A stretch of 63,299 nt of DNA, counting the filler, from Dirinaria sp. TL-2023a (taxonomy: Eukaryota), in the NCBI GenBank assembly GCA_051941275.1. It is 7 parts of 7 records of this genome, joined end to end, with 100 filler letters (N's around TTAATTAATTAA, not from the genome) between each part and the next. Parts side by side here need not be neighbours in the genome. Positions count along the whole stretch, not along the records: positions 9,067 to 18,030 come from JAVEBF010001114.1; positions 18,131 to 27,091 come from JAVEBF010001115.1; positions 27,192 to 36,147 come from JAVEBF010001116.1; 4 more parts are not named here. One strand, written 5' to 3'. The position numbers and the translations under genes are program-made. Of this stretch, positions 12,162 to 27,249 are shown piece after piece (position 1 is the first letter of the stretch; the number at the start of each line of letters is the position of its first letter). The notes beneath the pieces are model-generated. The model did not search any database, had not been told where the DNA came from, and saw only the letters and a list, made by a program, of their open reading frames with translations.

Positions 12162-12992
12162 CTACTGAAACTCCCCAAACTCCCCATCATCGAAACCTAG
12201 CTCTGCGGCCGGAGGTGCCGCATGGGCCATATCCTGCCTGCTTCTCCTCTTCTCCTTTGCTTTTGAATGCAGAGCACTCGATGGCGGTGGTGGCAACAAA
12301 GGAAAACCACCACCACCTCCCTTCTCAACATACGGAGGCGGCGCTATCGAGAACAGTGCTTCTCTCCCCTTCCCATCCTCGCCACCACTCTCAACCTCCT
12401 TTCTCCTCCTCACCTTTGTCCCAAGATCGATATGAATCATCTCCCCCTCCTTAAGACTCAGATCCCTCTTGACAGGCACTTTTTCCGGCACCGGTGGTGG
12501 AGGAGCTTTCGAACCTTTCCCCGCGCCAGCGCCATCCAACAAACCACCCTGGACCTTCCTCGCCTCCTGCAACGCTATCCCAAAATCGATCGCTTCGCCC
12601 CTCTCCTCGAACCCGATCCCCAGCATCGCTTTCCTTCCACTCTCATCCTGCACTCTGACAGCGAAGAAGCGCGAGCTATCGAGCGCGGCTTCGACAGCTG
12701 ACGGTTCGGCGTACGGTGCCGCCGCGAACAGGTCGCCCGTGGAAGGATCCTCGAGCCGGATCTCGGTGCTGAGGGACTCGCCCTCGCCCGAGCCATCTGG
12801 TAGGGGGAGAGCGGTCTCGATGACGCGCAGGCGCGCGGTGAAGATTTGCCGTTTGCGGTCCGCGGTCCAGGATGCGGCCGAGTAGCCTTTTGTGGATGTC
12901 AGGGGAGGGATTTGGTAGACGTGGACTGAGGACGCTACGAAGAGGACCCGTTGGATTGCGTCCGCTGGGAGATCTGCCGCGGAGGCAGACAT
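12162..12992 (-). CDS. NECAP: Adaptin ear-binding coat-associated protein (NECAP, PHear/DUF1681 domain)
   Basis: ATG at 12992 (MSASAADLPADAIQRVLFV). Motifs VHVYQIPP, GYSAASW, LFAAAPY, DSSRFFAVRV, LGIGFEER, DLSLKEGEMIHIDL and C-terminal FDDGEFGEFQ. Confidence 0.92.
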   Translation of the reverse strand: MSASAADLPADAIQRVLFVASSVHVYQIPPLTSTKGYSAASWTADRKRQIFTARLRVIETALPLPDGSGEGESLSTEIRLEDPSTGDLFAAAPYAEPSAVEAALDSSRFFAVRVQDESGRKAMLGIGFEERGEAIDFGIALQEARKVQGGLLDGAGAGKGSKAPPPPVPEKVPVKRDLSLKEGEMIHIDLGTKVRRRKEVESGGEDGKGREALFSIAPPPYVEKGGGGGFPLLPPPPSSALHSKAKEKRRSRQDMAHAAPPAAELGFDDGEFGEFQ

Positions 12993-13231
12993 GGGGAGTA
13001 TGGGAAGCTCCACGCAGGGTGGAGCGCTCTATTGCACCCTCGAGATACAAAGGTATTCGATTCCATGGCTATCTGCCACCAGCGGATTGGCGTCGATGAC
13101 TGCCGAGGCTGCTTCTTAGCGTCGTTCGACGATCTTATCACCGGCTGTTCGGCCCGCGATCGCCGGCCGTTGCTCTCTACAAAGTTTGTCACATTTTGCG
13201 CAAGTGTTTGTTTTTGAAGGGAACTACCGCC

Positions 13232-14412
13232 ATGACAGAAGTCTCTCCACCCCGTTCGTAATTCCTTTTCAATACTACGATCTTAGCTAATTCACAGCAT
13301 TCTGTAGTCGACGCCCTGCTCCCATCTACCTCCAATCCAGAAGCCCACCATGACTCTTCCGAATCTTCCTTCGAGTTCGCCCTTCCTAAGCTCTTCGACT
13401 GCGTTTTACTTGGCTGACTGACCTCAGTATCGTATCCACGTATAACTCCCTCCTCCGTTCGGACCCTTTCCTCACCATGCCAATTGCAGCCATCGAGTCT
13501 CTCATTCTTCTCCTTTCACATAATCCTCCCTCTACCATGTCCGAAACCCTCTCTTTGCTCGACACTTATACCTCAATCCTCAAGTCCTCCGTTGCGAACC
13601 CTATAGCCCTGTCCGCAGGGACTGACCTGTTTCAAAGATATTTGATTTCCAGCCTGCAGTCTCCACAGCCCCGGCCAGGTGCCGGCAAGAAAAGCAAGTC
13701 TTCAGCCAGAGGCGCGGACGATTTTCAGGCTATAAGGAACCATCTCATAAGCAACGGCCGGCTTTTTGTTTCGAGAGCGAAAGAGGCAAGGACGCAAATC
13801 GGCTCTTTGGCGCGAAGGTTCATCCGCGAAGATACAGTAGTCCTGACTTTTGGTTCATCGCGTGTTGTCTCGGCAGTACTCTCTGCTGCGCTCAAGGTCG
13901 GGACGAGATTCAAACTTATCTACGTGTCCTCTTCCTCATCCCCTGGAGATATACCATCAAACCTTCCCAAGGCAACTCCAGACATGCCAATAGCGGTTGT
14001 CGGCCTGGATACAGTTGCCCACGCTTTGCCAAAGTGTACATTGGTCGTCCTAGGAGCAGAATCCGTCGTCGAAAACGGAGGCATAATATCCGGAATGGGC
14101 ACCTATCAATTAGGAATTCTAGCCAAAGCAGCTGGAAAGCCAGTTTATGTCTGTGCTGAGAGCCACAAATTCGTGAGAATGTTTCCGCTCAGGCAGGAGG
14201 ATGTGAGCGGAGAGATGGTAAAATTCAGTGAAGGCCAAGGTGGGAAGGGCGAGGAGAGAAGCGCAGAGGTCAGTAAAGGGAAGGGGGGCGGTGTGAGTGG
14301 AGACGGGCAGGTGGATTACACGCCGCCGGAGTTGATTACGGCGTTGATTACGGAGACGGGCGTGCATACACCGAGTGCAGTCAGCGAGGAGTTGATAAAA
14401 ATATGGTATTGA
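13232..14412 (+). CDS. GCN3: Translation initiation factor eIF2B alpha subunit
   Basis: Two short 5' introns inferred, giving FDIVSTYNSLLRSDPFLTMPIAAIE. Motifs SAGTDLF, VLTFGSSRVV, GAESVVENGGII, AESHKFVRMFPL and VDYTPPELITALITE. Confidence 0.93.
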
Positions 14413-14828
14413 TTTGAACAAGATACGATAGAGGGAAGCCGCATTTATCGTACATCAGGCCGCCGTCCTCCCATGGAGTTCCTTATAGCAGTTTATGACT
14501 GCTATATGACCAACTCGCAGCTCAAGCGAGGTTCGAAGCTGGCCAGCATCGAACCGACAGAAAACCAAATCGAGTATGATTGATTTAGCGAGGCATCGAT
14601 TAAAAGGCGTCCTGATTTGCCAGAGCTTTTGGTGACGAGCCGATCGCAATTAATCAAGCCTCGGAACTAATCTGGAATACCGCTTGTGGTATGGAGGAAG
14701 TTGTCGGATCACCTTGCACTCCGCAACAATAGATGTCACCAGCCAACGACTCGTTGATGCCACCCAGTGAGCCGGGACTCCAACTTGGCAGACCTTTATG
14801 GACGGCGGTGTCAAGGTGAACACATGGT

Positions 14829-15245
14829 TCATATCAGCCGGAACATGTTTTCCTTGACACTCCTTTTCATGGCCACCGGCTTGCCATCCTCTAGTTCTAA
14901 GCCTGCTTCGCCGCCGCCGCCAGACATTGCTTCAAGCTTGTGTCTCAACTCTTCATCCGCCTCGGCCATTGTTTGCTTCCGTTGGGGTTTCTCTTCCACT
15001 GTGGAAGAAGCACTGGAGCCGCTGTCATTTGACACCTAGCATCATCAGCCAATACTCAGCTCGGGAAGAAGAGTCGAGTCGAATACCTGGGTTTTGGTTG
15101 CAGACGGCTCTTGGGCTTTTGCAGCAGAGCCTGCAGAGGACGCGGTTCTCGCAAAACCAGCTGTCGTAAAGCGGCTGTCAATCCATTGTAGCCGCGAACT
15201 TCCCATAGCTAGCGTCTTAAAATGAGTAGAGCATCTATATGACAT
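14829..15245 (-). CDS. Small conserved fungal hypothetical protein, probably mitochondrial (2 exons)
   Basis: Exon 1 is basic and Ser/Ala-rich (presequence-like). Intron GTATTC...CTGAT...TAG at about 15037-15086. Exon 2 ends TMAEADEELRHKLEAMSGGGGEAGLELEDGKPVAMKRSVKENMFRLI, a motif I recognise from ascomycete hypothetical proteins. Confidence 0.7.
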
Positions 15246-15510
15246 GTTCGTAGTTGTATAAGGACCATTGCTAATGTAAGGACTAAGGTATCTTCACAGG
15301 AAGCATCGAAGTGTGATGTGATGTAAGAGAGCCCGCCACATGCGTGGAGTGCATAAGGAGATCCTAACCCAAAAGAGATTAGCGTTCACAGCCCGACCTA
15401 CCCGTAACAAATATTGTAGATTACATACATGACTTTGATAATGTGCTGAATCAACTGCTGTTACTGCTCGAATACCCTATCGCCCGACTCTGCGAAATCC
15501 CTGCACTAAA

Positions 15511-18030
15511 ATGCCGGTGGTAAAAGGAGGCGTATGGTATGTTATCAGAGGCTCATATCTGAACTTTTCATTCAGCTAATCTCATTTGCAGGACCAATAT
15601 CGAGGACGAGATCCTCAAAGCCTCAGTTTCGAAATATGGCCTCAATCAATGGGCTCGAGTATCCTCACTTCTTGCACGTAAGACTCCAAAACAGTGCAAG
15701 GCACGATGGTCGGAATGGCTGGATCCGGGTATTCGCAAGATCGAATGGTCCAAGGAGGAAGATGAGAAGCTACTCCACCTCGCCAAGCTTATGCCCACGC
15801 AATGGAGAACCATAGCACCTATTGTCGGAAGAACAGCTACCCAGTGCTTGGAGAGGTATCAAAAGTTGTTGGACGAGGCCGAGGCGAGGGAAAACGATGA
15901 GCTAGGGCTTGGCGGTCCGGCCGGAGGGGAAACAGCTGCACCGAGCGCAGATGATGTGAGGAAGCTCAGACCCGGAGAGCTCGACCCAGATCCAGAATCT
16001 AAACCAGCACGGCCCGATACCATTGATCTTGACGAAGATGAGAAGGAGATGCTTAGCGAAGCGAGAGCCCGCCTGGCGAACACGCAGGGCAAGAAAGCAA
16101 AGCGGAAAGCCCGAGAGCGTCAGCTGGAAGAGTCTCGTCGCCTTGCATTGCTACAAAAGAGGCGAGAACTCAAAAATGCAGGCATCAATATCAAGATCAC
16201 GAACAGAAAGAAGGGACAGATGGACTATAATGCTGACGTGCCGTTCGAAAAGAAGGCCGTACCGGGCTTCTACGACACTACGGAAGAACAGGAACGCAAC
16301 GAAAAACAACGAGAAGCGTATGATCCCCGAAAGCAGCAACTAGCGAATAAGCGGAAAGGGGACCAAGAAGAAGATCCGGACCGAAAGCGGAGAAAGAATG
16401 ACAAGAACGGTCCATCTGCGGCTTTTGCTGCTGCAGCCAAAGCTGGCCAAATGCAAAAGATGCGAGAGGCTGAGCAGAGTAGTAAGAGGAGGCCATTGAA
16501 TTTACCCGCACCGCAAGTGGGCGAGACGGAGCTCGAAGATATTGTCAAGATGGGCATGATGGGCGAGAAGGCGAGCCGGGTAGCAGGTCAAGGGGATAAC
16601 GAGGCTACGAAAGGCTTCGTAGGCAATTACACGGGTATAGTAGGAGCCACGCCAATCCGAACACCAAGAGCGCCGCCTCAAGAAGATCATATAGCGAACG
16701 AGATCCGCAACATTCGGGCATTGACCGAGACGCAGTCCTCATTGCTTGGTGGGGAAAATACTCCTTTACACGAAGGCTCGGGCTCTACAGGCTTCGACAG
16801 CGTCACGCCTCGAAGGCAAGTTGTGTCAACGCCTAATCCAATGGCCACACCAATGCGTCAAGCTGGTGGCGGCGTGGGAGCTACTCCCATGCGAACGCCT
16901 ATGGGTCCTGGTGCAACTCCAATGCGAACACCACGTGACAATTTCGCTATCAACCAAGATGATCCAGGCTCTATGCAGCTGGTAGGCGGCACTCCTAGAG
17001 AGGTCAAGCTGAGGGAGCAGTCCAAGAGAAACCAACTTCAATCACAGTATGTCACAATCACAGGCAGAAGACTAGCATGCTAATCATTATACAAGGTTTG
17101 CCTCTTTACCCAGGCCAAAAGAGACAGAGTGGGAACTTGAGCTACCCGAGGAGCGGCCAGAAACTGATAGCCAAGTTGAATTGTCAGAGGAAGATGCTGC
17201 TGAGAGAGACCGGCGGAACCAAGTCCTACGAGAAGCAGCCGAAGCAGCCGAATTCTCTCGCCGCACCCAAGTCTTGCAGCGAGCGCTGCCGCGTCCCGCC
17301 ATTGTTGACGTCGGAGCCCTAATGAAAACGGCCTCCGGAGTCTCGGATGCTGGAGAAAGGGCTATAGCTCAAGAAATGGCTCTTTTGATCGCCAACGACG
17401 CGTTCAAGTATCCCACTCCAGGTTCCAAAATACAGGGCTCGTCACGACCGTTGGAGATTTTCGACGATGATACCCTGGCCAAGGCACGATTGGAAGTTGC
17501 CATGGAAATGCAAGCCGATGAACATGGCAAGGACCAGGAAGGCTTCGAATCGGCCTGGGCCGAACTCCACAACGAGTCATCTGCCCTACCTGGCCTCTCA
17601 AGCTACGGAGAAGATGAAGTCGATGAACGGCAGATACTGACCGAAGCCTTTGACGTAAGCAAAACTTTTTCCGCAGTCTCTCTCCTCTCCAAAACTGCAC
17701 CAGGAAAATCAATTATGTAGGCTAACACAGCAGTGCGGGCGCGGCAACACACAGAAGATCCAAAACTCCATCACAGCCACCGCCGAGAAAAGCAACAAGC
17801 TCGAGAAAAAACTGAGCCTGCATTACGGCGGCTACCAGCAGAGAGCCAAGACCCTGCGCGCGAAAATCGTCCAGGCATCCGAAGCGCTGGACAAGGAGCG
17901 GATTGCTCTCGACGCCTTCCGGTCTTTGCAGGTCGCCGAAGAAATTGCACTGCCGAGCCGCATCGAGGCTTTGAGGGACGAAGTCGACTTCGTGAAGAGG
18001 CGCGAGGGGGAGGCGCAGGAGATGTATAGG
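15511..18030 (+). CDS. CEF1: Pre-mRNA splicing factor Cef1/Cdc5 (Myb repeats), 3'-truncated by the contig end
   Basis: [36 protein letters not shown]yb repeats, [26 protein letters not shown] and TPMRTP repeats. Introns near 15537-15591, 17047-17094 and 17655-17757. Confidence 0.97.
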
Positions 18031-18130
18031 NNNNNNNNNNNNNNNNNNNNNNNNNNNNNNNNNNNNNNNNNNNNTTAATTAATTAANNNNNNNNNNNNNN
18101 NNNNNNNNNNNNNNNNNNNNNNNNNNNNNN
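18031..18130. other. Artificial contig spacer 2
   Basis: Same 44N-TTAATTAATTAA-44N block. Confidence 0.98.
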
Positions 18131-18996
18131 GAGGGACCAAGTACCATTGAACCAACCCATCGCCATCATCAGTCCCCTGCACGCCATCACGGATCATTGC
18201 TTCGATCTCGCCCCTCTCGCACGGCGATGACACCACTCCGTTGTCGTTGCAGCTGCCGGCTCCGTTGTGGCTCTGCATTAAGCCCGGGTTTCGGACGCCG
18301 AAATCCGACGTCGGCACGCGCACGCAGCCGCCCGATTCTTGGAGGATGATGGCAAGGATGAAGCGGTGGTCCAGCTTGGTTTCCGCGGCGACTATATCGA
18401 TCAGGCTCCGCACGTCTTGGAGCTCGGATTCGGTGTTGGGCGGTTGGTTGTAGATGAGGCAGGAGTCTGTAAGGATGGATTCGTTGATTTCCCACCTGTT
18501 GGTTTGGCGAGACGGAGATTTAGTTGACAAGGGTTTTTTCTTGCTAGATTTGAAGGGTGGTGGATTGTCTACACGAAAGTTTGGATGGATGGAAGAAGGC
18601 CGACGACTTACATGTCTTTGAAACTGACCCAGTCTTTCTTCTGGGGCCATCCCGCATCGATTGTCCCGTTGCCTCCGTAGAACCGATATATGTCCATTCC
18701 CTTACCACTGCCGTCATTGTCGAAAAGTAGATTCACTGCAAGCTCATCAAAAATCTGGTCTCCCTTCTCGTCTTTCTGGGCCTCGCTTCGCGCAGGTTGA
18801 AAGTTACCGTCTAGCATGCCAAAGGAAGTCGGGAGCGTACCGTTGTAGACGGCTTCGTTGGATGATGCTAGAGAGGACTGGGCCAGTACCGGCAGAGCTG
18901 CCAAAGGAACGATAAGAGCGGGTAACTGGGAGGGTTCGTGTCAGTGACTGTTGGTTGAGACTGCATAAATATTTTACGTGCCCATTGAGGCGGCAT
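18131..18996 (-). CDS. Secreted lysozyme-like / transglycosylase-SLT-fold ('muramidase') protein, 3'-truncated
   Basis: Spliced model: signal peptide (MPPQW/LPALIVPLAALPVLAQ), YGGNGTIDAGWPQKKDWVSFKDM/W, then LDHRFILAIILQESGGCVRVPT...NPGLMQSHNG. The Glu-Ser and GLMQ motifs are those of the lysozyme-like superfamily. Confidence 0.8.
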
Positions 18997-19944
18997 CTTC
19001 GCGGTATACAGGCCGCGCAACAAACCCCGCAAGGACGGACCGGACTAAGGGTAACACTCTAATGGATCCTGAGGCCCACTTTCGCGTCTTTTGTTTTTCC
19101 AGTAGTCAATGCCGGAGCGAATGATGGTCACAATGGTTGATGCACCTGTGAACAGGGGCTTGAAAAGTGGTTTCAGTGGATTCTTACCCATGTATGCTCT
19201 AACGTAATATATGTAGTATATGTAGAATAGAGAAAAAGTAGCACAAATTGAAAAGCAAATATTGTAGAGATATTGTAGGGATATTGTAGGGATATGTAAG
19301 CACGCCGTTGAGACGATATCGAAGCCGGCCAAGACTGGAGGCAGAGTCCGGCACATCGAGTCTCTCCTTTTATTCGCGCAGGTTTGCTTTTCCGCGATTC
19401 AGCAGTTGTTCACACCCATGGAACGGTTGCTCAACGTTGTCAACGTTTGCAACGGCTGCGCCACTCTCGCCATGCTTGCCACCAGCCCCCATGAGCGGGC
19501 TTCTACTGTACTGTCCGTATGTTGTAGCTGGCTTTCAGAAATGAAATAACTGAGCTGCAACTCTTAACGCTTAGAGTTCAGTTTCAATAGTGCCTTGATT
19601 AGAAACTGTGCAGAGGGAAGAATTCTGCGCCTTCGACAGCCCATTTCAAACGGGCCAACGCGACTTGGGAGCCTTTGGGTCTCAGAGGCATTTTTGGCTC
19701 TTGGTCAAGCAGATATCTAGCGGAACTCCCCCATGGCATCGAAGAGCAATCCGCGACGTGAAGCTTAGGGCGCTGGCTTAGGCAGAACATGCTGCGCTCT
19801 GCTAATAAAGGTAGCCACAGGTGCACAAAAACGTGTTACACGCCGTGTATACCTTAGAAGGTGTTTAAGGGCTTGAAAGTGGAGATTCAGCCGCACCAAA
19901 TAATGTGTGTTAATCGGTTGACTTAAACCAGTCACCAAAATCCT

Positions 19945-21250
19945 CTAGCTGATGCTGGGAGATAATGTAATGATCCTCGAGACTGATGACTTAAAACCTT
20001 GGATACCGAAAACACTGCATTCGTTCGCCACAGGCTTCGGAAGGGAGGCAATGGACGAAAGTAGGTATGGGACCTTGAATAGCTTTCTATGGCCATGTTC
20101 CTCTGCTATCACGTACAGATCAGTGCCATCGTCGCTCCAGGACACGCTTTGAGGAGACAGATGCCACCCTTCACGGCTCGACTTTTGCGGCATTTCCCCA
20201 GTCGCAGGCATAGGCTTGTCGAGATCATTGACCACAATGAGTCGATTTCGGTCATTTTCATCTCTCCGGGCTTCCTTTTTCAAGAAAGCTATCGACTTGC
20301 CATTTGGAGAGAAGACTGGGTGTGTGCTGGAGCCTTTAAAGCCCGGTATATCAAGTATCTGAGGTTTGGGCGGCGGCGCAGAGCTGAAGTCCTTCACCGG
20401 TATATAATACAAGTCTGTCTTCAGCGGATCCGCAGCACCGATCGACGAGTCTCTAGCCACGAAGGTAATTCCGGTTGAAGCGATGTCGAAGTCGTGTCCT
20501 CCATGAGGAGATGCAGGCGAGGTGAGTCCAGTAGCTTTGAGTGCGTTTATGGGTTTGCCGGGCGAGACGATGTATTGTAGATTGAAGGCATTGTTCTCAT
20601 TTGCTCGTTTGCTCAGGCATGTATACCAGATTGAATTTGAGACGTGCGAGAAGGAGCCGGCGGACTCGCTGAAGAGTGATCCGTCAGGTCTTGTAGGGCA
20701 TTTGAATGCAAGGGCGATAGTGCACTCATTAGCCTTGTGCAGCTTGAGATTGGAGACACGAGAGGAGATGCGGCCTGCACAGTAGCAACTACCAACTTTT
20801 AGCAAGTCCATCCTTTCTGATACGTCTTTCTATGCAGTCTGAGCACAGAAGACCGGAGCAAATCGATACAACGTACTTCTTGTCCGACCCTGCAACGTCT
20901 GACACCCAAAGCTCAGTCGCACCATCGTCGGTGTCCCTGAGCCATATGACCTGGTTGCCTTCCCCTAACCAGCTTGGCTCTCGGTCGCGCAAATGATTCG
21001 AGAATGTATGCGAGTGACCTGACTTCAGATTCAAGACGCGAACTTCTGCATTGAGCACTCGAGAATGGCGGGAATGTTTATGAGGGGTGTAGAGGGCAAG
21101 CGAGCGATCAGGGTTGGGGGAGGCCGAGAGACGTCGAGCTTGTGGGCGTTCACTACGGTATAAATTGGGGTCAGTGGGTTGGCATGCGCGATTCAATTGG
21201 CTTGAAGACGTGAACGTACGGGGAAATTGGACTTGGCCCTGACGACGTCT
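19945..21250 (-). pseudogene. Dipeptidyl-peptidase V (S9 family)-like relic: beta-propeller part only, no catalytic domain
   Basis: Matches the Dpp5 N-terminus (VVRAKSNFP/ERPQARRLSASPNPD; SNSIWY; PHGGHDFDI; KTDLYYIP; GSSTHPVFSPNGKSIAFL; SPQSVSWSDDG). There is no in-frame ATG in exon 1, an apparent internal deletion of the 'FVRHWD' block, and a TAG at 19945 before any GxSxG hydrolase domain. Confidence 0.7.
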
Positions 21251-22052
21251 TGGGGGAATGGTGCAGCTTGGTAGCAGCTTGAGATGGTGGGATATTGCGA
21301 CTCATGCTCATTGACTATTGCTATAGATACAAGATGATGTCTGGAACTCTAGAAACGACAGAATAGAGGGGTCAAAGAGGAAAAGGAGCTGAGAGTGGAA
21401 GTTTGGTACGAGTAGCAGCTTGCGCCTCCTCGTCATCGTGGTATTCTTTAGTCCACAAATTCCTATCCTACCTTACCTTAGTGAGAAATACTTAAGGTAC
21501 CTCACCTACAGTAGTACAGTAGGTACCTACATTACCTTACCTTGGTTAACCAGGGGCCTTATGAGGCTGATAGCCGCAGCTACGGAGGTCCCCTGTTGCC
21601 GTATCCGTACTCCCTAAGGTATCGATCCGGGTAATGTTCGCTTTATCAGCACGCCCTACATGCTCTAGCCAAGACTCACTTCGCTTACCTGCTTTGGTGA
21701 GGATAAATTGTCACCTATCTCGTGATCCCAAATATCACACAAGAAGACATCTACATTCAAAGCACAGTATTTCAAAGCCTTTCAATGGATGTAACAGAAA
21801 TCAAAAAGCTCGAATTCAGATGATGACTGCAAAATCGCCAGATCATGGAAATGAGGACCGAGATTATCTAATGTTTAATCCCGTGATCTTAAATCCGCTT
21901 CGGCTAATATTTCCCTTTGCAAAGTAGACTTCACATGTCAAGCACACAATGGACATCAAATTTCATGACGATCCTGGCATACATAAGCTTCAGCTTCCAT
22001 TCAGAGCCTAGATTCAAGAAGACTCCTTCTCTCCAACCTCGAAGTTTCATAA

Positions 22053-22802
22053 ATGGCGCCCTCACTTCTCAGCCTTCCGCTCGAATTATTGAGCATGATC
22101 TACCACCTCGTTCTCCTCGATTCCTCATCACCTCATCTTCGTATCTGCAAGCCCAATGAGCGCTTCGCCTACGAAGATCTTCGGCACAATATCGAGAATA
22201 GGAGAGCAAGGCTTGCCTACTACGAGCCCCGAACAAGACAAGATGTCCAGGCATCTCTACCTCAGAGACCTCGAGATCATCACAGAAGCCGAACGCGGAT
22301 ATCATTGCTCCTGGTTTGCCAAAAAATCTACGATGGAGCTGCGGGCGTGTACTATGGGGGGCATGATTGGGAGATCGGGGTCCATGGGCGAAATCCCCCA
22401 ATACCAGTTTTCCGGCAATTTTTGGATGCAATTGGCGCAAGGAATCGGAGGTGGATTCGGAGCGTTGTCGTTTTATCACGACTTGGATACGATCATTTGT
22501 GGGCCGGACCTCCGGATTGCTGGGCTCGACAGCTTCGGCGTTGCGAGAGCTTGAGAAGTGTGTTGATATCGATGTCAAACACATGGTTCGAGGCATTGGA
22601 CAGTCGGAGGGAGTTCTGGGAGGAGGCGTGTCTACTGAGGTGGCAGCGGAAGTTCCCATTGCTTGAAAGAATTGACATATGGGATCAAGAATCCTCAAGC
22701 AAAGGTCTAGGCTCGCCTATACAGGAGTATGTAGATACTCTACTCGGAAAGGTGGGGATCGTACCGGAAGGTTTGCATTTGAGAGGGGAGAGAGATATCT
22801 AA
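22053..22802 (+). CDS. Hypothetical protein with N-terminal F-box-like 'LLSLPLEL..MIY' motif
   Basis: 249-codon ATG ORF: SLLSLPLELLSMIYHLVL ... SLLLVCQKIYDGAAGVYYG ... FLDAIGARNRRWIRSV. Same general family pattern as 6795-7553. Confidence 0.7.
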   Translation: MAPSLLSLPLELLSMIYHLVLLDSSSPHLRICKPNERFAYEDLRHNIENRRARLAYYEPRTRQDVQASLPQRPRDHHRSRTRISLLLVCQKIYDGAAGVYYGGHDWEIGVHGRNPPIPVFRQFLDAIGARNRRWIRSVVVLSRLGYDHLWAGPPDCWARQLRRCESLRSVLISMSNTWFEALDSRREFWEEACLLRWQRKFPLLERIDIWDQESSSKGLGSPIQEYVDTLLGKVGIVPEGLHLRGERDI

Positions 22803-23672
22803 AACGTATGGTAGCCAGACTTTAATTTCTTCTCGCAGACTAATAAGGAGATGAAGATGTAAAAGTGGCTGGGGAGGCCGGAAGAACATGAAGACGGCTT
22901 TACGGTGCACAACGGAGGAACACCATCCGCTATCTTCTCAGCAAAAGCAGCTCGAAATGATCGGTGGATATAAACTTTTCCCATTCTCTTTCAGGACTGT
23001 TTCCAAAGCACTGACCGGGAAGACAGCTTATTCAGGCTTGAAGCGTGCAGGTAATCTTACAACAGCGACTCTTCGACGCAGGGTGACGCCAATCGCTCGT
23101 CATTTCTCTGTAAAATCATTGCAAAAGGACTGGCCAATGTCATCTTGTTCGGCAAGGTTGAAAGTAACTCGCGCACCATCAACTTTGCGCAATAACCATC
23201 AACCATATCTGAGAAACAGGCTAGAGCGCATATTACGTACTCAGCCTACCTTACCTTAAGTATGCTCAGGGCGTCAGAATAATGAGTAGTGTCTGAATGC
23301 CTTACCTAAGAAGGAACGAGGGAAGGGTTCGAGGGTTGGGAACAACCTCGGACCGACCGACCTGACCGGGCTTGGCGATCTTGGCGGGCCGATATGCGGA
23401 ACCTTCGAACGTCACTCTCGAAATTTTGGCGGGGAAGCAAAAAGCACTTTAAACGAATCAGAAAATCTACTTTATGCTCGGGGTCGCTAATCAAAAATTT
23501 TCGCTCCTCCTCTCCCAGACTTTCGAGTTTTGGGAAGCTAATTGAGACTTACGGCATACGTTCTAAATCAATTGGTCTTCATATTCATCCTATGAGTATT
23601 CTACAAACCCATCAGTCTCTTCCCACAGTGCACTGTCCGAAATCGCACAGAGCTGTAAATTTTTGACTTTGA

Positions 23673-26677
<3,005 letters not shown>

Positions 26678-27091
26678 GAGAAGAGAGGAAAATTCCGTAT
26701 ATAGCACTTTGACAATTTACGAAGAGAAGGGGGGGGAGAGGGAGGAAAGTGATGAAAAGGAGTGTATTGAAAAAAATTTACCAAAAAAGCATCAGACTAT
26801 TTCGATGTAGGTATGTGTGTCCCCCCAAAAAAATTTTTTTTCGCTCCATCAAGCCTTCTAAGGGTTATATCCGATGGACGTAGGTAGGCAGGTAGGTAGA
26901 TTCGTGGAGTCTTTCACCATGTGAATATAAAAAAAAAGTCAACCGCATTCGACGGATTTTTTTATATATATCGATCGCTCTTTCTCCCTTCTCCCTCTCA
27001 CCCGTTTCTCTCCCTTCTCCCGCCTTCATTTTTTTATCAAACAACCGTACGTAAGATACTGATCTAAAATTCTCACTCATACTGCCTTTCC

Positions 27092-27191
27092 NNNNNNNNN
27101 NNNNNNNNNNNNNNNNNNNNNNNNNNNNNNNNNNNTTAATTAATTAANNNNNNNNNNNNNNNNNNNNNNNNNNNNNNNNNNNNNNNNNNNN
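27092..27191. other. Artificial contig spacer 3
   Basis: Same 44N-TTAATTAATTAA-44N block. Confidence 0.98.
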
Positions 27192-27249
27192 TCGTGTCAA
27201 TTTCAACTTCGATTCCTTCAGCACAAGTCGCAACTAGTCGTATCAATCA

